Below are positions 36,035-45,277 of a DNA stretch of 64,000 nt, one piece after another. Source of the DNA: Candidatus Methanogranum sp. (GTDB lineage Archaea > Thermoplasmatota > Thermoplasmata > Methanomassiliicoccales > Methanomethylophilaceae); NCBI GenBank assembly GCA_050309445.1, contig JBNRMI010000023.1:29089-93088 (forward strand), read 5' to 3'. The notes below the pieces were generated by a model that saw only the letters and a list, made by a program, of their open reading frames with translations, made no database searches and had not been told where the DNA came from. The translations under genes were made by a program, and so were the position numbers. Positions within the stretch are counted from its first letter, which is position 1. Every line of letters starts with the position of its first letter.

Positions 36035-36966
36035 TGACCCCCGTCACCGCCTCCGCCCCCGGCAAGTTCGTGATCCTGGGGGAGCACGCCGTGGTCTACG
36101 GCGAACCGGCGATCGCCCTGGCGATCGACCGCAGGTTCAGCGTCAGCGTCGCCCCGGGGCCCGGTTTCCGGATCAACGGGGAGGCCGCCGACATCGATTC
36201 CAACCCGCACATCCGGCATATCGCCTCGCTGCACGGGATGCGCTCGTTGCATCTGCACTCCGAGAGCCGCATCCCCCCGGGCGCCGGCCTGGGCTCCTCG
36301 GCGGCCCTCTCGGTCGCCTTCTCCGGGGCGATGCGCCGGCTGCACGGGCTCGACGCCGACCCCGAGGCCGTGGCCAACGAGGCCTTCGATGCCGAGTTCG
36401 CCGCCCAGGGACGGGGCAGCCCGATGGACACCTCGGCCAGCACCCACGGCATGGGGGTCTCGCTCAACCTGCCCGGCCACGGCCGGCCGCTGTGGTCGAT
36501 CGAACGGGACGGCAACCGCTGGGACATCCGCGACATCGACGTCCCCGAGATGACCTTCGTCATCGGCCACACCGGCATCCGCGCCTCCACCGGGGCGCAG
36601 GTCGAGAAGGTGCGCAAGTTCCGCGGGCGCAACCGCTTCGCCGCCGACATCATCGAGGAGATCGGCGACATGACCGTCGAGGGCATGGACGCCCTCCGGC
36701 GGGACGACCGGACGGAGCTGGGGCGGATCATGACCTACGACCACAAGCTGCTCTCGATCCTCGGCGTCTCCTGCAGGGAGCTCAACAAGCTGGTGGACGC
36801 CTCCCTGCCGCACGCCTACGGGGCGAAGCTGACCGGGGCCGGCGGCGGCGGCTGCATGGTGGCGCTGACCGACGAGCCGGAGAAGGTGGCCGGGGCGATC
36901 CGCTCGCGCGGCGGGACGCCGTTCACCGTGCGCACCCGCGTCGGGGGCCTGGCCGTCGGGCGCTGA
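36034..36966 (+). CDS. mvk: Mevalonate kinase (GHMP family)
   Basis: APGKFVILGEHAVVYG, PPGAGLGSSAAL and KLTGAGGGGCMVAL. The start is at MTPVTAS (the track ORF starts earlier in the same frame). Confidence 0.9.
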   Translation: MTPVTASAPGKFVILGEHAVVYGEPAIALAIDRRFSVSVAPGPGFRINGEAADIDSNPHIRHIASLHGMRSLHLHSESRIPPGAGLGSSAALSVAFSGAMRRLHGLDADPEAVANEAFDAEFAAQGRGSPMDTSASTHGMGVSLNLPGHGRPLWSIERDGNRWDIRDIDVPEMTFVIGHTGIRASTGAQVEKVRKFRGRNRFAADIIEEIGDMTVEGMDALRRDDRTELGRIMTYDHKLLSILGVSCRELNKLVDASLPHAYGAKLTGAGGGGCMVALTDEPEKVAGAIRSRGGTPFTVRTRVGGLAVGR

Positions 36967-37000
36967 CGCTCGCCGGTCACAGGATGGGGAGAAGGTAAGG

Positions 37001-37016
37001 GGCGGCCCGGGGGCCG
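37001..37016. terminator. GC hairpin between convergent mvk and GGR genes
   Basis: GCGGCC-CGGG-GGCCGC, followed by GTTTATGATT on the plus strand. Confidence 0.4.
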
Positions 37017-37026
37017 CGTTTATGAT

Positions 37027-38217
37027 TCAGATCAGGTGCTCGAAGCCCTCGACCACCTTGGGGAACCGCTCCTTGACCGTCCTGAGCAGGTTGTGGACGT
37101 TGACCTCCTCGATGTCCGAGGTGGAGATCAGCCGCACCAGCTCGTTTATCGTCTCGTCATCGAGCTCGGCCAGCCGCTCCTTGGCCATCCAGTTGCGGTA
37201 GAGCTTGTCCTCCATGCGGTCGCGCCACATCTTCTCGTACGGCATCAGCGCCGCCTTGGAGAAGTCGCCCCCGGCCGCGGCCGCGACCAGCACCTTGCCG
37301 GCGTACATGCCGGTCCTGCAGGCGTGGCAGATGCCGCCGCCGGTCAGCGGGTCGATGACCCGGGCCGCATCGCCGACGAGGATGAGGTTGTCATCCACGG
37401 CGCAGTCCAGCCCCGGGCAGGTGGAGACGAACCCGGCCGCCACCTCGACCGGCTGGCTGTCCTTGAAGCGCGGATCGGTTGCGAGGAAGCGGTCCAGGTA
37501 CTCCCTGGGCTCGCCGCCCTTGCAGAGCGGGCCCATGACGCCGATGCCGACGTTGGCCACCCCGCCCCCCTTGGGGAAGATCCAGAGGTAGCCGCCGGGC
37601 GCGATCGAGCGTCCGATGATGAACTCGCAGTACTCCATGTCGGCATCGCAGTTGACCATGCGGTACTGGATGCAGGAGTTGAGGTCGTTGAGCTTGAGCT
37701 TGGTGTCGATGCCCGCCCATCTGCCGACCTGGGACTCGTAGCCGTCGGCGGCGACCACCGCCTTGGCGCGGATCTCCGCCTCCTCGCCCATGCTCTTGAT
37801 CCTGATGCCGGCGATCCTGCCGTCCTCGCGGATGATGCCCGTGCAGGAGGTGCGCATCATCAGCTTCGAGCCGGCCGCGACGGCGTCGCGGGCCAATGCC
37901 TTGTCGAAGAGGTGCCTCTCGAGCACGTAGCCGACCTCGGTGCCGGCCTTGCTCTCGTCGAGCTTGAACTGGGTGCCGTCGGGCGATTTGATGACCGCGC
38001 CGATCATGTCGGCGCGGATCCAGAGCGGATCGGGTTCGATGCCGACCTCCTCCAGCCACTTCTTGGAGACGCCCTCGGCGCAGCGCAGGGGCGCGCCGAC
38101 CTCGGCCTTCTTCTCGATCAGGATGGTGTCGAGCCCGCCCTCGGCGCAGAACTTGGCGGCCATGCTGCCGCCCGGACCGGCGCCGACGACGACGACGTCG
38201 CATTCGTACGTCTTCAT
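37027..38217 (-). CDS. Geranylgeranyl reductase (digeranylgeranylglycerophospholipid reductase family)
   Basis: MKTYECDVVVVGAGPGGSMAAKFCA (FAD fold), PLRCAEGVS, and the typical ~396-aa length. The start is at 38217 (ATGA overlap with the ferredoxin stop). Confidence 0.88.
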   Translation of the reverse strand: MKTYECDVVVVGAGPGGSMAAKFCAEGGLDTILIEKKAEVGAPLRCAEGVSKKWLEEVGIEPDPLWIRADMIGAVIKSPDGTQFKLDESKAGTEVGYVLERHLFDKALARDAVAAGSKLMMRTSCTGIIREDGRIAGIRIKSMGEEAEIRAKAVVAADGYESQVGRWAGIDTKLKLNDLNSCIQYRMVNCDADMEYCEFIIGRSIAPGGYLWIFPKGGGVANVGIGVMGPLCKGGEPREYLDRFLATDPRFKDSQPVEVAAGFVSTCPGLDCAVDDNLILVGDAARVIDPLTGGGICHACRTGMYAGKVLVAAAAGGDFSKAALMPYEKMWRDRMEDKLYRNWMAKERLAELDDETINELVRLISTSDIEEVNVHNLLRTVKERFPKVVEGFEHLI

Positions 38218-38387
38218 GCCCTCGCCTCCAGGGCGAGCGCCTGCACCGGGCAGAGCTTCACGCATCTGCCGCAGCGGTTGCAGTCGTCGTTGAACTCAAG
38301 CACGTAATCGTTGAGGAATATCGCATTCATCGGGCACGAGCCCACGCAGCCCCCGCAGTGGAGGCACCTATCGTAATTCACTATCAA
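38214..38387 (-). CDS. 2x[4Fe-4S] ferredoxin (55-57 aa), not in the ORF track
   Basis: Own translation: (M)IVNYDRCLHCGGCVGSCPMNAIFLNDYVLEFNDDCNRCGRCVKLCPVQALALEARA*. It has two CX2CX2CX3CP motifs. The start is TTG 38387 (SD GGTGA 6 nt upstream) or GTG 38381. The stop overlaps the GGR ATG. Confidence 0.75.
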   Translation of the reverse strand: MIVNYDRCLHCGGCVGSCPMNAIFLNDYVLEFNDDCNRCGRCVKLCPVQALALEARA

Positions 38388-38398
38388 ACCTGTTCACC

Positions 38399-40021
38399 TC
38401 ATGCCTTCTGATCCTCGGGCACTATCAGGGCCTGCTCGAGCTCCAGCGCCCCCTTCTTATTCGCCGCCTTCCACTCGTCCAGCGGGACCGAGTGCCGCGA
38501 CTCCACGACCTTGCGGTACTCCGGGCCGCCGTTGTAGGCGCAGAACGGGATGACCTCGCAGTCGGGGGTGACGTAGTGGATGCAGCAGCGCTTCACCCGC
38601 TCCACGTCGTAATTGTGCGCATCCTGGAAGTGCATGCCGCTGACCAGCATCATCTTCCAGGAGAACTTGGCCAGCGTCTTCTTGGACTTGTTGCTCATGA
38701 TGTCCTTGATGATCGTGATGAACTTGCGCTTGTTGAGCCCGTCCGGCAGGTTCTCGTCGATGATGCAGCTGTTCAGCAGCTTGATGAGCTTCACCGCTTT
38801 GAGCTTCTTGAAGCGCGAGGCCTCCGCCTGCGCGGCCAGCTCCACCAGGCCGTCGGAGAACCGGTCGATGTCGACGAAGCGGGGGAAGGGCGTCACCTTG
38901 CCGTCGTCGCCGACGAACAGGTAGGTGGCGATGCCGCAGTGGGGATGCGCCGTGAAGGTGACCTTGTTCTCGTCGAGGATGATCGAGGCGAAGTTGGAGA
39001 TCGGGGCGACCGCCGGCACGGGGTACCAGTCGCTCATCTCGGTGTAGCCGGTCTGCTCGCCCATCTCGCGGGCGAGGTCGGGCAGGGTGAACCTGCCGGC
39101 CTCGAGCTCCTCGCGCTCGATCCTGCCGGTGAACGCCACCGGCTGGAAGTTGATGCCGCGGACCACGTCGGAGTGCTTGAGCGCGAAATCCACGATCTCG
39201 CCGATCTGATGGTCGTTCATGCCCCTGACCACGGTGGGCACCAGCACGATCGACGGGCTCTTGCCGATGTCCTCGCGCAGGCGCATGCAGTTGGCGATGA
39301 CGTCCAGTTTGATCTGGAGCATCCTGCGGTCGCGGGCCTGCAGGTAGACCTCGTCGGTGACCCCGTCGAAGGACAGGTAGATGGTGTTCATGCCCGCCAG
39401 CGAGGCCTGTTTGAGGAACTCGTAGTCCTTGGCGAACTTGATCCCGTTGGTCGCCACCTGCACCTGGGCGAACTTGAGCTCCTTGGCCTTGGCGATAGCC
39501 TCGAGGAAGTGCGGGTAGATGGTCGGCTCGCCGCCCGAGAACTGCACCGCGGTGCAGCGGATCGGGCCCTCGCCGCGGAGGGTCTCGAGCATCCGCACCA
39601 CGGTGTCGAAGTCGGGCTCGTAGACGTAGCCGGCCTGGTTCGCGACCGCGAAGCAGATCGGGCAGTTCATGTTGCAGCGGTTGGTGAGGTCGATGTTGGC
39701 CAGACCGGTGCTGCTGAGCATGTCGACGCGCTTGCCGCCGACGAGGAAGTTGGCGTTCTCGCCCTTCTTGAGTTTAGCGTCCGCGGGATTCAGCAGACCG
39801 ATGCCGTCGTGGGCGTACCTCTCCGCCTTGAGGAACAGGTCGACGTCCGACCAGTAGACGTCCCGGAAGCGGCCGTGCTCGGGGCACTCCTTCTCGATCA
39901 GGACCTTGCCGTCCTCCTCGAAGATCGTGGCGATCAGGATCTTGCCACATTCGGGGCAGATCGACTCCGTCTCTTTGGGAAGCCCGAGTCCCACCGCATA
40001 ACTCCTTGTTGTAGCTGACAT
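38399..40021 (-). CDS. tes: Radical SAM tetraether lipid synthase (Tes/GDGT-MAS family)
   Basis: 540 aa: N-terminal CPECG...CPEHG ribbon, radical SAM CNMNCPIC, GGEPT, and a C-terminal Cys-containing domain (CCIHYVTPDCEVIPFCAYN). Architecture and the neighbouring ferredoxin and GGR match what I recall for Tes. Confidence 0.8.
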   Translation of the reverse strand: MSATTRSYAVGLGLPKETESICPECGKILIATIFEEDGKVLIEKECPEHGRFRDVYWSDVDLFLKAERYAHDGIGLLNPADAKLKKGENANFLVGGKRVDMLSSTGLANIDLTNRCNMNCPICFAVANQAGYVYEPDFDTVVRMLETLRGEGPIRCTAVQFSGGEPTIYPHFLEAIAKAKELKFAQVQVATNGIKFAKDYEFLKQASLAGMNTIYLSFDGVTDEVYLQARDRRMLQIKLDVIANCMRLREDIGKSPSIVLVPTVVRGMNDHQIGEIVDFALKHSDVVRGINFQPVAFTGRIEREELEAGRFTLPDLAREMGEQTGYTEMSDWYPVPAVAPISNFASIILDENKVTFTAHPHCGIATYLFVGDDGKVTPFPRFVDIDRFSDGLVELAAQAEASRFKKLKAVKLIKLLNSCIIDENLPDGLNKRKFITIIKDIMSNKSKKTLAKFSWKMMLVSGMHFQDAHNYDVERVKRCCIHYVTPDCEVIPFCAYNGGPEYRKVVESRHSVPLDEWKAANKKGALELEQALIVPEDQKA

Positions 40022-40151
40022 GGTAATGTCATCGTGAAGCGGCTGGCGCGATATAATACTTATCTAGGTACGGCAGCCGCGGACGGGCGCCCCCGCATAG
40101 GCTAACTGTACTGCCCCGCTTATAACATCGCGGCAGGACGGATAGGGATGC

Positions 40152-41939
40152 ATGGTAAGAATCAACGGTATCCGCGGGTGCAGGGGGTCGAGGCGGGGCA
40201 ACCTGCCGTTCGCGATGGTCGCCGTCATCCTGCTGCTGCTGGGCTCGGCGTACGGCATCGTCTCCGCCAACATCGAGGAGGCGGCCGACCGCGCCGAACG
40301 GATGGAGGAGGAGATGGAGGGCGTCGACGCCGTGATGGCGCGGACCGGCGAGTTCGTCGAGCGCGGACTGGGGGAGATCATCTTCGGGCTCAGCAGCTCG
40401 GAGTCCGAGGGCAGCCTCGGCGAGCGGGCCGAGAGGTATGCGGAGCGGGCGGAGGCCTGGATGGGATTCCAGTTCCCGCTGTCCGACCGCGGCGTCACCG
40501 TGCACCTCGAGTCGTTCGACACCGAGCTGACCGCCCGGCCGCTGCGGCTGTCGGAGGATCTGACCGAGGGCTACCTGCCCTCCTATCTCGTGGGCACCGG
40601 CAGCTTCTCGGCGCGCTACGCCTTCGGGACGGGGAGCGCCTCGTCGGTCACCGACTTCGAGACCGACGCCACCTGCGCCCTGCCGCTGGTGGCCGGCCAG
40701 GGCTCCCTCTTCAGCAATGCCGTCAGCGGCAGCGGGTCGCCGATCACCCAGATGGTCGGTTACCAGCTGACCTGCCTCGCGCAGCAGCGGGTGCTGAACG
40801 GCTACGGGGCGCTGAACGCGAGCGGTCCGATGGGGACCGACGCCGTCCTGACCGCCGACGATGTCTCGAGGGCCTACGCCAACGCGCTGAAGGTCCTGCG
40901 CATCAACTGCTTCCGCATCGGCGGCGAGGGCCTCGGCGACGGACAGGAGCGGGTCGACCTCGCCGACCTGATCGCGGCGCCCGACGGCCGCCTCGACCTC
41001 GACCTGTCCGCGGTCTACGCCCAGGCGGTCGCCTCGATCGCCGACGACCTGGCGCTGCAATGGATCGACTACCTCTACGGCAACCGGGTGCTCAACGGCC
41101 TCGACTGGGCGGACGACCGGCTGAGCAACGCCTGGGACTCGCTCCGCGGCTTCCTCACCGGCAGGGACACGTTCTCGGCCGCACCCTACCTCGAATGCTT
41201 CATCGCCGGCAGCGGGCTCGACATCGACCGCTGCCGCCACCTGCGCAGCGGCACCTCCTTCGACGTCGTCGTGCCCGGGGAGCTGCTGTCCGCGGTGACC
41301 GGCTGCCCGGAGGACGACCTGACGGTCGCCGTCGGCTACCCCGACGCCGACCTGATGGCCTGGAGCGGGATCCGCGATTTCAAGCGCACCTACCGGGAGG
41401 ACGGCAACGTGCTGCGGGACCGGTTCACGGAGATCATCAACGCCTCGGCCGCGGCCGTCGCCGCCGACAAGCGCCTGGGGACGATCCGCGTGAGGATCGA
41501 CGCCGCCGATGACGAGACGCTGCTGGACAGCATCCGCGAGGCCGTCGCGTCCGCGGTCGGCGACGGTTCGGCCGCCTTCGAGCGCATCGCCGCCGAGGGC
41601 CTGGGCGACCTGCGGCTGACCGATCCGTTCCATGCCGGCATCCACGCGGTCATCGCCGCCGATGCGCACGCGATCTACGGGACGGACGGTTTCGAGGAAT
41701 CGGCCGTGACCTCGCTGGTCGCGGGGATCGCCGCCGCCATCGAGGCGGAGCACGGCACGCTGCTGGACGGACGCGCGGTCGAGGAGCTGGCTGAGGCCGT
41801 GGCCGGCAGCGGATGCATCGGGGCGGCCGCGGCGCCTACGCCGCCGAGGTCGACGAGCTGGTGGATTCGCTCTCGGCGCTGCGCACGGTCGACCGGCCCG
41901 CGAGCCGGCTGCTCGACCGGATCTGCAGCACGTTGGTGA
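40152..41939 (+). CDS. Large hypothetical surface protein, part A: N-terminal basic segment plus one hydrophobic helix (possible class III/pilin-like signal); last ~35 codons look out of frame
   Basis: MVRINGIRGCRGSRRGNLPFAMVAVILLLLGSAYGIV..., then ~530 aa of Ala/Asp/Gly/Leu-rich sequence with no known motif. The tail after ~41830 is Arg/Ser/Pro/Trp-rich and loses its GC3 bias. TATA GCTTATAACA lies ~25-30 nt upstream. Confidence 0.6.
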   Translation: MVRINGIRGCRGSRRGNLPFAMVAVILLLLGSAYGIVSANIEEAADRAERMEEEMEGVDAVMARTGEFVERGLGEIIFGLSSSESEGSLGERAERYAERAEAWMGFQFPLSDRGVTVHLESFDTELTARPLRLSEDLTEGYLPSYLVGTGSFSARYAFGTGSASSVTDFETDATCALPLVAGQGSLFSNAVSGSGSPITQMVGYQLTCLAQQRVLNGYGALNASGPMGTDAVLTADDVSRAYANALKVLRINCFRIGGEGLGDGQERVDLADLIAAPDGRLDLDLSAVYAQAVASIADDLALQWIDYLYGNRVLNGLDWADDRLSNAWDSLRGFLTGRDTFSAAPYLECFIAGSGLDIDRCRHLRSGTSFDVVVPGELLSAVTGCPEDDLTVAVGYPDADLMAWSGIRDFKRTYREDGNVLRDRFTEIINASAAAVAADKRLGTIRVRIDAADDETLLDSIREAVASAVGDGSAAFERIAAEGLGDLRLTDPFHAGIHAVIAADAHAIYGTDGFEESAVTSLVAGIAAAIEAEHGTLLDGRAVEELAEAVAGSGCIGAAAAPTPPRSTSWWIRSRRCARSTGPRAGCSTGSAARW

Positions 41940-44194
41940 CCGGCGGCCTCGGCATGCTCGACGGCCTCTCCGACATCCCCGGGCGCATGGTGTCGCTCTG
42001 CGACGAGATCCGCTCGAACACCGCGGTCAACGCCTGCTACGGCACGACCGACCTGGCCTCCGAGCGGGAGTTCGTCACCTTCAGCGAGCACGGCGAGGTC
42101 TTCCGCGAGCGGCTCTCCGCCGAGATGTCCTCATCGCCGCGGATAACCGTCGGCGGCCCCGGCGAGAACCGGGACGGCTGCATGCACTACGTCGGTCCGC
42201 TGCAGAGCTCCGGCGCCTCCTACTGCACCGTCTTCTCGGTGTCGCTCAGGGACACCCTGGTGCTGACACTGTCCGGCAGCGGGCCGATGGAGGGGGCGAT
42301 GGGCGTGCACGACTCGCGGATCACCGAGGTCTGCGAGGTCGATCTGAGGATGACCGTCCCGGTGATGAGCGCCTGGGCGCTGCAGGGCGTCCCGGACTAC
42401 CGGGCGAGCAACACCGTCCTCTCCGACGCCTGGGAGGCGCTGATGGGCATCCTCGAGCCGATCATCGAGCCCCTGAGGAAGGTGCTGGCGATGATCATGG
42501 GGGCGCTGGAGACGCTGGCCTCGGAGCTGTCCCGCTGCATGACCTTCGCCGCCGAGGTGGTCCAGAAGCTCTACGACGCGGTGATGGGCCCGCTGGAGGC
42601 GCTCCGCGCCATGATCGAGGACCGGCTGCAGGCCTGGTTCGACGAGATGGCGGGGGCGGCGGTCGACGCGCTCTCCTGGATCGTCGACGCCAACCTGTCG
42701 AAGCAGACGCTGGGCTTCTCCTACATGGGGTTCACCCTGACGGTCACGCTCAACCTGGCCTCGCTGTCCAAGAACACGAAGACCCTGGCGACCGTCGCGC
42801 TCTCGACCTCGGTCTCCGGGGTCGAGGTCGGCGGGTCGGTCACGGTCAAGCAGCGGGGCGAGGGATCGGGCAGGACCATGCTGGTCACCGGCTCGGCCTC
42901 GCTCAGGGGCGACGGCTGGGATGTGGAGGCCGACATCGATCCGCTGATGCAGTCGTCGAAGCACCTGCTCCGCATGGCCGGCAAGGCCCGCGGCACCGCC
43001 TTCGACGTCGTGATGCCCGAGGTCGTCAGCTACCACGAGATCGGGTTCTCGCTGCAGGACGTCCCCGGTCTCGGCGCACTGCTCTCGAACATCCCGGTCG
43101 GGGCGGCCAAGGTCTCGATCGACGTCGGCCTCAACCTCAAGTACAACGCCCCGTTCAAGACCGGGCTGGTGATCAACGAGTTCGAATCGAACCCGCCCGG
43201 CGAGGACCGCGGCAACGAATGGGTCGAGCTCTACAACGCCTCGTCCGGGTCCGTCGAGCTGGATGGGTACACCCTCCGCGCGGGCAGCGATGCGCAGAAG
43301 GTCTGCCCGGTGCCGGCCGGGCGGCTCGGGCCCGGCGGCCGGCTGGTCGTCGAACTGCCCGGGCTGTTCCTAAACAACGGCAGCGGCGAGTACGTGACGC
43401 TGGCCGACGCGGACGGGAGCACCGTCGACAAGACGCCGGCGAAGCGGGACACCGCCAACGACGACCGCACCTGGCAGCGGGTGGCGGACGCCTCGACCGA
43501 ATGGGTGTTCGAGAAGGGCACCCGGGATGCGAAGAACTGCGGCGGGCTGCTGACCGGGGCGATGGTCAGGACCCAGCTGCTGGCGGTCATCAAGGACTCG
43601 GCGGGCGCGACCATGCGCGACATGGGCCGGCTGACCTCGACCGAGGACCTCTCGGCCTTCTTCCAGGCCGCCGCCCAGAACATGGTGACCTCGGCCATCG
43701 AGATGCTGGCGGAGTGCCTGGTCGAGGCGACGGTCTACGTCTCGGTCGACGTCGGCGACCTGGCCTCGGCCGGATGCGTCGGCTTCGAGGCGGCGCTGCT
43801 GGTCGACTCGGGTTTCGCCGAGCAGGGGCTCAAGTGCCTGGTCGGGGAGATCGAGGAGCTGCTCTTCAAGATCGAGAACCCCTACGGCCTCGATCCCAAG
43901 GAAGTCGTCTACGACAACACCTACCTGCGGATCAGGGCCTACACCGGCATGGCCGCGCCCGCTTTCCTCAAGGGATCGGACCGGTACCCCCAAGTCCGGC
44001 TGTGCGTCAGCATGAAGGTCAACCTGGCGGGGCTGGACCGGGTCATCGGCGGCGGCACCGGGAACTGGAAGGTGGTCGTCGGCCTGGAGGTGTCCGACTG
44101 CCCCTGCGCCCTCATCCCCGCCGGCCTCGGAGCCGACCGGGATATGCACAATGACCTGGTGCTGATCAAGGCCACCTTCCGGGAGGCCCGGTGA
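41813..44194 (+). CDS. Large hypothetical surface protein, part B, containing a lamin-tail (LTD) domain (~43160-43515)
   Basis: 793-aa ORF. Its frame carries near-perfect GC3 from ~41834 onward. The LTD signature is GLVINEFESNPPGEDRGNEWVELYNASSGSVELDGYTLRAG...GEYVTLADADGSTVD. The rest is unrecognisable. Confidence 0.65.
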   Translation: MHRGGRGAYAAEVDELVDSLSALRTVDRPASRLLDRICSTLVTGGLGMLDGLSDIPGRMVSLCDEIRSNTAVNACYGTTDLASEREFVTFSEHGEVFRERLSAEMSSSPRITVGGPGENRDGCMHYVGPLQSSGASYCTVFSVSLRDTLVLTLSGSGPMEGAMGVHDSRITEVCEVDLRMTVPVMSAWALQGVPDYRASNTVLSDAWEALMGILEPIIEPLRKVLAMIMGALETLASELSRCMTFAAEVVQKLYDAVMGPLEALRAMIEDRLQAWFDEMAGAAVDALSWIVDANLSKQTLGFSYMGFTLTVTLNLASLSKNTKTLATVALSTSVSGVEVGGSVTVKQRGEGSGRTMLVTGSASLRGDGWDVEADIDPLMQSSKHLLRMAGKARGTAFDVVMPEVVSYHEIGFSLQDVPGLGALLSNIPVGAAKVSIDVGLNLKYNAPFKTGLVINEFESNPPGEDRGNEWVELYNASSGSVELDGYTLRAGSDAQKVCPVPAGRLGPGGRLVVELPGLFLNNGSGEYVTLADADGSTVDKTPAKRDTANDDRTWQRVADASTEWVFEKGTRDAKNCGGLLTGAMVRTQLLAVIKDSAGATMRDMGRLTSTEDLSAFFQAAAQNMVTSAIEMLAECLVEATVYVSVDVGDLASAGCVGFEAALLVDSGFAEQGLKCLVGEIEELLFKIENPYGLDPKEVVYDNTYLRIRAYTGMAAPAFLKGSDRYPQVRLCVSMKVNLAGLDRVIGGGTGNWKVVVGLEVSDCPCALIPAGLGADRDMHNDLVLIKATFREAR

Positions 44195-44201
44195 CCCGCC
44201 G

Positions 44202-44218
44202 GGCCGTCCCGGACGGCC
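44202..44218 (+). terminator. GC hairpin just after the large ORF
   Basis: GGCCGTC-CCG-GACGGCC, 8 nt after the stop at 44194. Confidence 0.35.
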
Positions 44219-44272
44219 TCCGCCGACCGGTAAATCTAAGCCTTTAATAGAAGGAGAACATGTACAAGGGAC

Positions 44273-45268
44273 ATGGCCGGGATGAATTACGACATACCCA
44301 CGGTGATGACCGCCGAGGAGCTCATAGATAAGACATTCCGCAGGGCATCGAGGATCTCCAAATCGGGGACCAACGCCCTGGACGCCAAGAAGAAGACGTC
44401 GCTGGCGCGGATCACCGCGGCCGGCGACATCGTCGTCACCGCGCTCGACGGCTACATCGAGCGGTTCCCGCGGATGGAGAAGACCGAGGACTTCCTGCCC
44501 GAGCTGATGGACCTCATCGTCGGCATCGACCGCTACAAGAAATCGCTGGGGGCGCTCAACTGGGTGTCGCACCGGGTCGAGCGGCTGAAGAACGAGGCGC
44601 TGCGGGAGACCCGGCGCACCAAGGACCCCAGGAACATCGACTTCATCCGCAACGGCTTCTACGGGCGGCTGGTATCGCATGTGGAGCAGATTGCGGAGGA
44701 GCTGCTGTTCCTCCAGGAGGCGAAGAACCGCTTCCGGGAGCTGCCCTCGATCGACCCCGAGGTGCCGACGCTGGTGATCGCCGGGTTCCCGAACGTCGGC
44801 AAGAGCATGCTGGTGACCGAGCTGAGCACGGCCGCGCCGCAGATCGCGCCCTACCCGTTCACGACCAGGGGCATCATCGTCGGCCACATCGAGGACGACT
44901 GGAGGAAGTACCAGGTCATCGACACGCCGGGGCTGCTCGACCGCAGCTTCGAGGAGCGCAACGCCATCGAGAGGCAGGCGGTGCTGGCGCTGCGCTACCT
45001 CACCGACATCATGCTGTTCATCATCGACCCGTCGGAATCGTGCGGCTACCCGCTGGAGAAGCAGCAGGCGCTGCTGGCCTCGGTGCAGGCCGGCTTCACC
45101 GAGGTGCCGGTGCTGGTGGCCGAGAGCAAATCCGATATCATGAAGACCGGCAGCGGCTGCATGTGCTTCTCGGCGCAGACCGGGGAGGGCATGGAGGAGC
45201 TGCGCACGCTGCTGACGGGGATGCTGCGCGACATCCACCGCGAACGCACCGCGGCGGCGGAGTTCTGA
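44273..45268 (+). CDS. NOG1-family GTPase
   Basis: 331 aa: helical N-domain, then G1 GFPNVGKS, G3 DTPG, and an SKSD G4-like motif. TATA CTTTAATAGAAGG is centred ~26 nt upstream. Confidence 0.85.
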   Translation: MAGMNYDIPTVMTAEELIDKTFRRASRISKSGTNALDAKKKTSLARITAAGDIVVTALDGYIERFPRMEKTEDFLPELMDLIVGIDRYKKSLGALNWVSHRVERLKNEALRETRRTKDPRNIDFIRNGFYGRLVSHVEQIAEELLFLQEAKNRFRELPSIDPEVPTLVIAGFPNVGKSMLVTELSTAAPQIAPYPFTTRGIIVGHIEDDWRKYQVIDTPGLLDRSFEERNAIERQAVLALRYLTDIMLFIIDPSESCGYPLEKQQALLASVQAGFTEVPVLVAESKSDIMKTGSGCMCFSAQTGEGMEELRTLLTGMLRDIHRERTAAAEF

Positions 45269-45277
45269 GGTGGCGTC

